Source of the DNA: a virus
Lineage: Duplodnaviria > Caudoviricetes
Length of the DNA: 64,000 bases
Direction: 5' to 3' (one strand)
Virus record (IMG/VR): IMGVR_UViG_3300025383_000009
Positions within the stretch are counted from its first letter, which is position 1, and each line of letters opens with the position of its first letter. Below, piece after piece: positions 40,330 through 48,053 of the stretch. The notes beneath the pieces were generated by a model. That model worked only from the letters and a program-made list of their open reading frames with translations. It was not told the origin of the DNA and ran no database searches. Both the position numbers and the translations under genes were made by a program.

Positions 40330-40718
40330 TGGCAGACTTATTTAAAGAAGTTATTCCGTCAATATTACAGACAAAAAAGTCAGTCTTACATGATGATGTG
40401 GATGTAAAAAAATACGATGCTTTTATTGTCAACCGAGCGTTGTCCTATCACATGGATTGTGTTCTCCACGCTAATGAGATAAATAAGAATCCTAGCTTAG
40501 ATAATGATATGCAATACCAATATTATCTAAATAATATAAGACCTATGAAACGGAAATTTCAACCGTGGCAGAAATCAGAGGTCATAAAAGACATAGATTC
40601 AATCAGGCGATATTTTGGTTACTCCAATGAGAAGGCCAAAGAAGCATTAAGAATTTTGACTGACGAACAAATCGCTGAAATAAAAATAAAAACCGATAAA
40701 GGCGGGATAAACAAATAA
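40329..40718 (+). CDS. gp62: Clamp loader small subunit gp62
   Basis: FIVNRALS and YFGYSNEKAKEAL motifs. Confidence 0.92.
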   Translation: MADLFKEVIPSILQTKKSVLHDDVDVKKYDAFIVNRALSYHMDCVLHANEINKNPSLDNDMQYQYYLNNIRPMKRKFQPWQKSEVIKDIDSIRRYFGYSNEKAKEALRILTDEQIAEIKIKTDKGGINK

Positions 40719-41125
40719 TGATTTCAATTACAAGTTTAGTTGAAGTTACACTAGCAGAAAAAGACGACTTCTTAAAGGTTCGTGAAACCTTAACTCGCAT
40801 TGGTGTTGCTTCAAAGAAAGATAGAACATTGTATCAATCGTGCCATATATTACATAAACAAGGCAGATACTATATTGTTCACTTTAAAGAATTATTTGCA
40901 TTAGACGGTAAACCTACAGATATCACAGAGAATGATTTATCTCGTAGAAATGCTATTGCTAAACTATTACAAGATTGGGAATTAGTAAAAATTGTAGATA
41001 AAAAATCTATTGAAACACCAGAACCAATCTTTTTATCTCAAGTAAAAATCATCTCACATAAAGAAAGAGATGAGTGGAATTTAGTACCAAAATATAACAT
41101 TGGTAAAAAAGCACAAAGCTATTGA
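40718..41125 (+). CDS. regA: Translational repressor RegA
   Basis: DFLKVRETLTRIG, LYQSCHILHKQGRYYIVHFKELF and KYNIG motifs. Confidence 0.96.
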   Translation: MISITSLVEVTLAEKDDFLKVRETLTRIGVASKKDRTLYQSCHILHKQGRYYIVHFKELFALDGKPTDITENDLSRRNAIAKLLQDWELVKIVDKKSIETPEPIFLSQVKIISHKERDEWNLVPKYNIGKKAQSY

Positions 41126-41152
41126 CATTGTAATTGAGGTGTGATATAAATA
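41122..41152 (+). promoter_or_regulatory. Overlapping sigma70 (TTGACA-17-TATAAA) and late (TATAAATA) promoter for hsp20
   Basis: TTGACA at 41122-41127; TATAAATA at 41145-41152. Confidence 0.7.
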
Positions 41153-41213
41153 TAAGTGTAAGGTGCCTTCGGGGTCTTACATTTTTTTAACTCGCTTAAT
41201 AGGAGATTTTAAC

Positions 41214-41627
41214 ATGACAGCTTTACAAGGCTATCGGCATTTATTGCCTCAAACAGTAGGATTTGACCATTTATTTTCAACACTTGATGAAATGGTGGAT
41301 TTAAAGACTACTTCATACCCACCCTACAATATCAAAAAAATTGACGAAACAAACTATAGTATAGATGTTGCGATTGCAGGCTTCAATAAAGATGAAGTCG
41401 AAATCCGTGTAGAAGGTGACAAACTTACCGTAATAGGTGAAACTATCAATGAAGACACTTCAACCTACTTACACAAGGGAATTGCTAATAGAAACTTTAC
41501 ACTAAACTTTACATTATCAGATACAGTTGTTGTTGGTGATGCAGAGTTTAATAATGGTATATTATCTATTGGTTTAGAGAACGTAATACCAGATTCTAAA
41601 AAACCAAGAACAATTACTATTAAATAA
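41214..41627 (+). CDS. Small heat-shock protein Hsp20
   Basis: YPPYNI, A.AGF, YLHKGIA.R.F and F.NGILSI motifs; AGGAG RBS before ATG 41214. Confidence 0.92.
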   Translation: MTALQGYRHLLPQTVGFDHLFSTLDEMVDLKTTSYPPYNIKKIDETNYSIDVAIAGFNKDEVEIRVEGDKLTVIGETINEDTSTYLHKGIANRNFTLNFTLSDTVVVGDAEFNNGILSIGLENVIPDSKKPRTITIK

Positions 41628-41632
41628 GTTTT

Positions 41633-41706
41633 TACCCTGTAGTGTAACGGTAGCATAAGAGCCTCCAAATCTCTCGGTCGCAGTTCAAATCTGTGCAGGG
41701 TAGCCA
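41633..41706 (+). tRNA. tRNA-Trp (CCA)
   Basis: Acceptor stem TACCCTG/CAGGGTA, G73, encoded CCA, anticodon loop CTCCAAA, T-loop TTCAAAT. Confidence 0.92.
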
Positions 41707-41732
41707 ATTAACTAAAAGAAAGAAGGTAAAAA

Positions 41733-42089
41733 ATGGACTCTTGGGGTTATCACTTAATTTTGGATGTAAGAGGTTGTGATATTGAAAAAGCAACTAATCC
41801 AGATTATATTCGTGATTTTACTAAAGAATTAGTTAAACGAATAGATATGAAACCTTATGGAGAACCCCAAGTGGTTCATTTTGCTGATAATACTGATTTA
41901 GCAGGTTGGACAGTATTACAACTAATTCATACCTCTAATATTACTGCTCATTTCTGTGATATTAATGGTGACTTGTATTTAGATGTGTTTTCATGTAAGG
42001 AATTCGATGGAGATGTCGTGGTTCAGTTCCTAAACGATTCTTTTAAACCATTGAGAATAACCTCTAGATATCTTTACAGAACAGCGTAG
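41733..42089 (+). CDS. speD: S-adenosylmethionine decarboxylase-family (pyruvoyl) protein
   Basis: GYHLILD..GC, TSNITAHF and YLDVFSCK motifs. Confidence 0.75.
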   Translation: MDSWGYHLILDVRGCDIEKATNPDYIRDFTKELVKRIDMKPYGEPQVVHFADNTDLAGWTVLQLIHTSNITAHFCDINGDLYLDVFSCKEFDGDVVVQFLNDSFKPLRITSRYLYRTA

Positions 42090-42145
42090 ACCTAAATAAT
42101 GCTGTGTGGGATACCTAAAGATTATGCTATTAGTTGGAAATCTAA

Positions 42146-42676
42146 ATGCAAATCAGAATATCCAAATGTCCAGACAGTAAGAATTTCAGACCATATGTTA
42201 AAAGGGCTGTGGAATTCTATGGACAAGAGCTTATTAAAAATAAAAGACTATATAACAACATCTATGTTGATATTAAGTTTGACTCTAAAATAGATGCGTT
42301 TGGATATGCATCCATTGAAGGATACAATACTTTAGGTAAACCTAGAGAGTTTCTTATAGAGGTTCATCCTGGTATTAGTGCTAAAGACATATTGTCTACA
42401 TTAGCACATGAAATGGTTCATGTTCATCAGTATGCTACAGGGCTATTAACTGATGTAGAAAAAGACATAACTAGATGGTGTGGTAAAAAGATTGATCCAG
42501 ATAAACTAGACTATTATAGTCATCCATGGGAAATAGAAGCACATGGAAAAGAAATAGGTTTGCTTGCCAAATTTGTAGTAAAAGAACAGTTATGGAATAT
42601 ATTCGATAAAGTGAATGATCCATCTGCTCCAATCACAGATAAACCATTAGGTTGGAAAAATTTGGTAAACAAATAA
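42146..42676 (+). CDS. Zinc metalloprotease-like protein (HExxH)
   Basis: TLAHEMVHVHQY...PWEIEA motifs; preceded by CTAAATA. Confidence 0.75.
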   Translation: MQIRISKCPDSKNFRPYVKRAVEFYGQELIKNKRLYNNIYVDIKFDSKIDAFGYASIEGYNTLGKPREFLIEVHPGISAKDILSTLAHEMVHVHQYATGLLTDVEKDITRWCGKKIDPDKLDYYSHPWEIEAHGKEIGLLAKFVVKEQLWNIFDKVNDPSAPITDKPLGWKNLVNK

Positions 42677-42683
42677 CTTATGC

Positions 42684-42712
42684 TTGACATTATGTGTGAG
42701 TTATGAGATAAT
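42684..42712 (+). promoter_or_regulatory. Sigma70-type promoter with extended -10
   Basis: TTGACA-17-GATAAT with TG extension. Confidence 0.7.
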
Positions 42713-42739
42713 AATAAAACTGAAAGATTAAATGATTAT

Positions 42740-42807
42740 GCGGTGGGTTGTAGAACAAGCATTTCTTCCCGTTATGTTGCTTTGTGCAAGTCAAAGACAC
42801 CGCTCCA
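42740..42807 (+). ncRNA. Non-canonical tRNA-Gly(TCC)-like RNA
   Basis: GCGGTG/CACCGC acceptor stem, U73, encoded CCA, CTTTG/CAAAG T-stem with TGCAAGT loop, AGCAT/ATGTT arm with an 11-nt loop containing CT-TCC, rudimentary D-arm. Confidence 0.6.
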
Positions 42808-42813
42808 AATTCG

Positions 42814-43017
42814 ATGGCAGCTAAAAACGATATCACCGGCGATTCAATCTCAACTAAAGTAAATTCAAAAGAATATACTGATAATTGGGATTTGATTTGG
42901 GGTAAAAAGAAAAAAGAAAGTCGTATGGATATTATAGGCCAAAACGGTAATGACGGTTCACATTATGAGGAGATAGAAAATGGCAACAGCAGCGAGAGTC
43001 CATCCGGGCAAACGTAA
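42814..43017 (+). CDS. Small hypothetical protein (MAAKNDITGD type) with QNGNDG.HY motif
   Basis: ATG 42814 lies just after the tRNA-like CCA; the GTG 42784 start falls inside the RNA. Confidence 0.6.
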   Translation: MAAKNDITGDSISTKVNSKEYTDNWDLIWGKKKKESRMDIIGQNGNDGSHYEEIENGNSSESPSGQT

Positions 43018-43222
43018 AGCAGACCCAATGAAACATAAAACGGGCAAACCTAGATTAGGTCCACTAAATCTAAAACAATTAACAGACTTAATAGAAAAAA
43101 CTCAAGTCAAAAAAATCAAAGCAAAATTTCAAAGAGAATTGGAACGAAGAAATATTTTGGCAGTAAAGAAACAAGGTTTTAAAGTAAAGAAAAATCAAGT
43201 ATCAATTAATGAAAATCACTAG
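42980..43222 (+). CDS. Basic hypothetical protein
   Basis: GAGG RBS; 80 aa, K/R-rich. Confidence 0.6.
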   Translation: MATAARVHPGKRKADPMKHKTGKPRLGPLNLKQLTDLIEKTQVKKIKAKFQRELERRNILAVKKQGFKVKKNQVSINENH

Positions 43223-43243
43223 TAACATTTAAGTAATAAATCC

Positions 43244-43272
43244 TTTACTTTTCGTTACATTCCTTATATAAT
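43244..43272 (+). promoter_or_regulatory. Sigma70-type promoter of pqqA
   Basis: TTTACT-17-TATAAT. Confidence 0.7.
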
Positions 43273-43321
43273 AATGGTGTTAGAGTAGAAATTCTAACAT
43301 AACCTTTAAAGGAGATATACC

Positions 43322-43393
43322 ATGTGGACATCACCAGCTGCAACTGAAATGCGTTTTGGCTTCGAAGTTACTATGTATGTAATGAACAAGTAA
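43322..43393 (+). CDS. pqqA: Pyrroloquinoline quinone precursor peptide PqqA (23 aa), not in ORF track
   Basis: Translation MWTSPAATEMRFGFEVTMYVMNK with the conserved E15-X3-Y19 core; AAGGAG RBS 7 nt upstream. Confidence 0.95.
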   Translation: MWTSPAATEMRFGFEVTMYVMNK

Positions 43394-43415
43394 TTAACGA
43401 TTCAGTTTACTAAAT

Positions 43416-43446
43416 AAAACGAGAGCCTAAAAACTCTCGTTTTTTT
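43416..43446 (+). terminator. Rho-independent terminator of pqqA
   Basis: AAAACGAGAG-CCTAAAAA-CTCTCGTTTT plus T-run. Confidence 0.85.
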
Positions 43447-43467
43447 ATTTCCAAAAAGGACATCATC

Positions 43468-43764
43468 ATGAAATACCTTTTGATTGTTTTACTTTTAATA
43501 TTATCAACAGTAGCAATGTCAGAAGAATATTTGGTGATGTATTATAATCCTCATGTTAGGATTGTTTTATCAAAAGATACTTGTTTATTTAAAGAATTAG
43601 ATGGTAAGAGAGCGGCTGCTCAGAGGTCTGACGGACAGGTTCTTCAAGGTTGTTGGAATCCATCAAAAGACGGAAAACAAATCACAATTAAATGGCACAA
43701 TCCAGCAGTGCCTGATGATTCATCAACATTTGAAACAGAAAGATTTATTCCTACAACAGAATAA
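43468..43764 (+). CDS. Secreted hypothetical protein
   Basis: Signal peptide MKYLLIVLLLILSTVAMS; two Cys; AAGG RBS. Confidence 0.65.
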   Translation: MKYLLIVLLLILSTVAMSEEYLVMYYNPHVRIVLSKDTCLFKELDGKRAAAQRSDGQVLQGCWNPSKDGKQITIKWHNPAVPDDSSTFETERFIPTTE

Positions 43765-45768
43765 TTATTTTGAGGTGGCACGATAAGTGCCGTCCCAATT
43801 TGCAGGTAATCCTTCTTCCATTCTTTCTATCATTTTAGAATAGTATTCTTTTATGGTAACATCATCATTGTTTAACATTTTTCTAGCCCAATCAATTGCT
43901 TTATCCCAATTACCACGATAATATTCTTTTAGATATTCATTGTGCATGTAAGCAATAGTTTTGCCTACTGTATAAATTTTGACACCTTCTGTTTTACCTT
44001 TAACTGCTATGTTGTCTAATTCAACAACGCTATAATTATCTTTAACTAATTCAGCAGTTAATGGACCAAGAATAATCTTAACGCCATAGGGTTTAGATTG
44101 TCCTTCAAGTCTACTTGATAGGTTGACTGCATCTCCGAGGCAAGTGTAATCAAAACGATAGCGGCTACCCATATTACCAACAACAACACTACCAGTATTG
44201 AGCCCAATCCCCATTCCGAACGGCGGTATGCCTTCTTTTTCAATTTCTTTATTAAATTCATCTAAATCTCCTAACATTTCTAAAGCTGTTTTTACGGCAT
44301 TGATGGCATGGTCTTTATCATCAAGAGGTGCATTCCAAAAAGCCATCTGAGCATCACCAATATACTTATCTAGCGTTCCATTATTATCTAAAATCTTTTG
44401 TGTCATAGCAGTCATATATCGGTTCATGATAGAAGTTAAACCTTGAACGTCTTTACCATAGTGTTCTGATATTGTGGTGAATCCACGAACATCAGTAAAC
44501 ATAATAGTTAAATCTTTTGTTTCACCACCGAGTTTTAATAATTCTGGATTCTTTTGTAATTTTTCAACAAGTGCTGGTGATAGGTACGTTCCAAATTGTT
44601 TTTTGATTTGTAATTTTTGATTTAACTCACTTATAAATTTAACAGTATACGCATGAGCATAAACAAGACAAAGAGTAAGAATAGGAAAGATACAGTCCAC
44701 CAAATAATTGTAATGATTAAAGGTATAATGAGAACCATAATATAAAGAAACAATAATAGTAACAATAAAGATAATAGCATATTTCCACCTCGATAATAAA
44801 ATTAATAATATAGACATCATAATTGTGAATAAAAGTTCGGCACCAGTAGCCCAATCAGGTCGTTCTATATTGACATTATTAGCTAAGGTGCCGATTACAG
44901 CAGCCTGCACATCTTGAGGCCATACTGAACCTATACTTGTAGGTAAAGGATTGCCTAATCCTGAAGCAGTTACTCCAACAATAACTATTCCTTTGTTAAA
45001 GTTTTTTGGTAGATTTACTGCTGAAACAGAATTTGATTTTTGTGACCAATCAACCCATATACGACCAAGTGAGTCTGTTGCAATTGGTCTAAAACTTGGT
45101 ATTCGCATCTTCTCAACTCCGTTCTCATTAAGTTTGACTTGAAATGTTGAGTCACCAGACATAACCCTTAACACTTCTAAAGATACACTTGGGTAAATAT
45201 TACCATTATATCCAACGAACAAAGGTATTCTACGATTAACACCGTCTATTTCAGGTAATGTGTTTGTTATTCCAACTCCAGCAGCCGAAGATTCTAATGA
45301 CGGAATGTTAGCAATAATACCTGGATAATTTAAAATAGTATTGATGTTTTCTGAACCAATAATAACAGAACCAGGTTTCTTTGCTGTATTTTTATTTGAT
45401 TGTGAAGGAGAGTTTACTAAAATTACAGGATGGTCTTTGATTGTATCTTCTAATGCTTTGTCACCACCTAATCGGTCGGCTTCAGGCATCATTATATTCC
45501 ATACAACTAAACCGGCATTATGAGCATACAACTGAGCAATTAAATTGGCATATTGGTCACGTTTAAATGGCCATTGACCATAACGGTCTAAAGTGTTTTC
45601 ATCAATATTAACCGTATAGATATTATTAACGGTTTGAGTTTTGCCTGAAATGAGAGTGTCAAAATATCGTAATCGGATTGATTCGATAAAGTTAGAATTG
45701 GAAACAGCAATCACTAACGCTAAGGTTAGTAATGCTGTCCATGGTGATAATAGATATTTCTTAAACAA
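43765..45768 (-). CDS. CHASE2-domain membrane class III adenylate cyclase
   Basis: N-terminal TM, CHASE2 motif (IDENTLDRYGQWPF.R), three TM helices, FTDVRGFT, KYIGDA and FDYTCLGDAVNLSSRLEG. Probable start TTG 45768 (ORF track start 45822). Confidence 0.9.
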   Translation of the reverse strand: MFKKYLLSPWTALLTLALVIAVSNSNFIESIRLRYFDTLISGKTQTVNNIYTVNIDENTLDRYGQWPFKRDQYANLIAQLYAHNAGLVVWNIMMPEADRLGGDKALEDTIKDHPVILVNSPSQSNKNTAKKPGSVIIGSENINTILNYPGIIANIPSLESSAAGVGITNTLPEIDGVNRRIPLFVGYNGNIYPSVSLEVLRVMSGDSTFQVKLNENGVEKMRIPSFRPIATDSLGRIWVDWSQKSNSVSAVNLPKNFNKGIVIVGVTASGLGNPLPTSIGSVWPQDVQAAVIGTLANNVNIERPDWATGAELLFTIMMSILLILLSRWKYAIIFIVTIIVSLYYGSHYTFNHYNYLVDCIFPILTLCLVYAHAYTVKFISELNQKLQIKKQFGTYLSPALVEKLQKNPELLKLGGETKDLTIMFTDVRGFTTISEHYGKDVQGLTSIMNRYMTAMTQKILDNNGTLDKYIGDAQMAFWNAPLDDKDHAINAVKTALEMLGDLDEFNKEIEKEGIPPFGMGIGLNTGSVVVGNMGSRYRFDYTCLGDAVNLSSRLEGQSKPYGVKIILGPLTAELVKDNYSVVELDNIAVKGKTEGVKIYTVGKTIAYMHNEYLKEYYRGNWDKAIDWARKMLNNDDVTIKEYYSKMIERMEEGLPANWDGTYRATSK

Positions 45769-46009
45769 GTGATAATAAAGTTTGTGTTGCTGTAACCAAC
45801 CATCTATAGGCAGTTTCATCATCTGCTAAAGCTTGTTGATTTTTTACATCTACGATTTCTTTAACAAGAAATGAATACTCTTCGTCAGATAAATCACCTG
45901 CTTGATGTTGCTCGGTAATTTTTACCAACTCAGCAGATAATTTACCAAGAACACCTGGATGTCCTGATTTTTCTCTTAATTCTTCTAATATTTTCATCTT
46001 TGTCTCCAT
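45761..46009 (-). CDS. Small helical hypothetical protein
   Basis: 82-aa ORF overlapping both neighbours in the operon. Confidence 0.6.
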   Translation of the reverse strand: METKMKILEELREKSGHPGVLGKLSAELVKITEQHQAGDLSDEEYSFLVKEIVDVKNQQALADDETAYRWLVTATQTLLSLV

Positions 46010-46350
46010 GATTCTGAAATAACTTCTACTCTAGATTGTGCAATTGTTAATGCTGATTGGCAAAATAACATACTCTTTGAATCTTTTGCTTTTGTCAGTT
46101 CTTCTTTTAACTTATCAAAGCTTGGTGATTGTGGGTCATTTCTAAGCGCTGAATAAACTTTGATATGTTGTATTTTTGAAGAGAGGTCTGGCCAAGTTGA
46201 TTTATTGGCACAATCTAAATTGTCTACTACGATTTTAATATCTACCAATTGGTCAAACATAACAGGGTCATGTTTAAGTGGCATTATTGATGTAATAGTT
46301 GAACAAGCGGTTAATGTAAGTAATGCAATAAGTGATATAATTTTTTTCAT
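45994..46350 (-). CDS. Lipoprotein
   Basis: Lipobox LTAC (Cys16) after a hydrophobic signal; additional Cys pair. Confidence 0.75.
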   Translation of the reverse strand: MKKIISLIALLTLTACSTITSIMPLKHDPVMFDQLVDIKIVVDNLDCANKSTWPDLSSKIQHIKVYSALRNDPQSPSFDKLKEELTKAKDSKSMLFCQSALTIAQSRVEVISESWRQR

Positions 46351-46357
46351 GATTTAT

Positions 46358-47422
46358 TTAGTTGCTCTGTTGTTTAATAGTTATACTATTGGTTGTTTGG
46401 TCTTGATTTTTCAAATTTACTGTAACACCATTTTGTATGATATTTATATTATATCCTTTGTCTTTATCTATTAATACTGTAGCACTATCTTTAACCGTTC
46501 TTTGTATCATCCAATAAGTATTTTTATCAAAAATATACACTTGATTTAAAGAGTTATAACCTACCACAAAAGTTGCTAATATCATATTATCAAGAGCATT
46601 TGTTAAATAATTTGTGTCTAACGGATTTACATCTAATTCATTAAACCCAGCATAAGGGTCTTTAAAAACTTTTGCATCTAAAGCGTTTTGTTCTAATCCC
46701 GTAAATTCTAAAGCAGAACCTGATTTATTGATTATTTCAGCTTGTATTCTTTCAATGATTTGTTTTGGTGGTTTAACAATAAGCATATTATCAATAGATG
46801 ATTCAGATAATGCTAACAAAACAGGTTTTAATGGTTTAATTTCGGATGATTTTGTTACTGTAGCTTGAAACGCTTGGTTTAAAACTACTTTACCCATGGC
46901 TGTGCTAACTTCAATTGAACCAACTGAACCATCTGGATTTGGTAACAGAATAATAAGAGATTGTCCTATCTCATCTACAGTCATTGTGAATGCTGTACCA
47001 CGAACAGCAACTGAAGCGGTCGGAGTATTGATTGCTACATTTTTATTATTTTCGTGTGCGATATTACCAGATGCATAACGAACAGTTCCCATTGTTACAT
47101 TGAGAGCTAATTTACCTGCACCTTTTTTATTGGGGTCATAGACAAATTCGTCTATAAGAAGTTTTGAATGTTCTGTGACTTTTACTTGAGTTTTATCTTC
47201 AAATGTAATGCCTACTATTCCATTGCCTGTTTGAACAATATCATTACTATCTATATTTGATTTAGGTTTAGCCTCTATTACATCTTTATTTCTAGTAATA
47301 GAGGCTGGACCTTTTTGTTCAGTTATAGAACCAATTACCGCCCAACTAGTGTTGGATGACAGACACAGAAGCACCGCTACCAGTAAGGTTAACGATTGCA
47401 CTATTTGGGTTGGTCGTACCAT
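46358..47422 (-). CDS. FecR-domain periplasmic protein
   Basis: Signal peptide; D.VQTGNG...ITFED.TQV.V.EHSKL.IDEF and INTPTASVAVRGT FecR motifs. Confidence 0.85.
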   Translation of the reverse strand: MVRPTQIVQSLTLLVAVLLCLSSNTSWAVIGSITEQKGPASITRNKDVIEAKPKSNIDSNDIVQTGNGIVGITFEDKTQVKVTEHSKLLIDEFVYDPNKKGAGKLALNVTMGTVRYASGNIAHENNKNVAINTPTASVAVRGTAFTMTVDEIGQSLIILLPNPDGSVGSIEVSTAMGKVVLNQAFQATVTKSSEIKPLKPVLLALSESSIDNMLIVKPPKQIIERIQAEIINKSGSALEFTGLEQNALDAKVFKDPYAGFNELDVNPLDTNYLTNALDNMILATFVVGYNSLNQVYIFDKNTYWMIQRTVKDSATVLIDKDKGYNINIIQNGVTVNLKNQDQTTNSITIKQQSN

Positions 47423-48053
47423 CTTGAGTCACACTTATATTATTTGAATTACCAATGTTGTTAATACTAATACTATGGCCTGCACCAGCACCAGTACCAT
47501 TTGCACCTGTTTGGCTTGTGGTGATACTGTTATTGTTACCTGCAATTGCTATAGTATCTGTAACATTTTTACTGTTTATGGTACTTGTTATCGAATTACT
47601 ATTTCCTACAGTAGTGATGCTATAGTTATAATTACTCGAATCTCTCATTGTTCCTATATTCAATACAGAATTATTGTTACTACCTGAAAACGATAAATTT
47701 AAATTACCGTTATCAGTACCAAAGTTTCCGTAATTCAATACGATACCGTTACTATTACCATCTTGAGATATTACTCCTGTAGAACCACCACCAACAAAAT
47801 TACCTGTGATAGAGTTGTTCATACCGTTTTGTGTGATACCTAAATTAATACTGTTACCATCAATCACAAATGATGGACTACCAACATTAGTAGGATCTCC
47901 TACCGTGTTGTTAGAACCTGTTTGTGTTATGGTGACTGTAGAATTATCAGCGTTAGTTTGGTCAATATAAACACTATTACCTCCACTATCGACTGCCAAA
48001 GCACTAAATGCTAATAACAAACCCATCACAAAAGTGATAAGCTTACTTTTCAT
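47346..48053 (-). CDS. Curlin-like secreted beta-solenoid protein
   Basis: Sec signal MKSKLITFVMGLLLAFSALA followed by about 9 S/I-x-Q-x-G-x-x-N repeats; start ATG 48053 preferred. Confidence 0.75.
   Translation of the reverse strand: MKSKLITFVMGLLLAFSALAVDSGGNSVYIDQTNADNSTVTITQTGSNNTVGDPTNVGSPSFVIDGNSINLGITQNGMNNSITGNFVGGGSTGVISQDGNSNGIVLNYGNFGTDNGNLNLSFSGSNNNSVLNIGTMRDSSNYNYSITTVGNSNSITSTINSKNVTDTIAIAGNNNSITTSQTGANGTGAGAGHSISINNIGNSNNISVTQDGTTNPNSAIVNLTGSGASVSVIQH

Noticed and set aside
41633-41706. Stop-codon reassignment or suppressor tRNA
   Set aside because: The anticodon is CCA (standard Trp), core genes translate full-length in code 11, and TAA, TGA and TAG all act as stops.
41465-41707. 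80-aa - strand ORF
   Set aside because: Antisense to hsp20 and tRNA-Trp.
42784-42813. GTG start for the 42784..43017 ORF
   Set aside because: It falls inside the tRNA-like element; ATG 42814 gives a more typical N-terminus.
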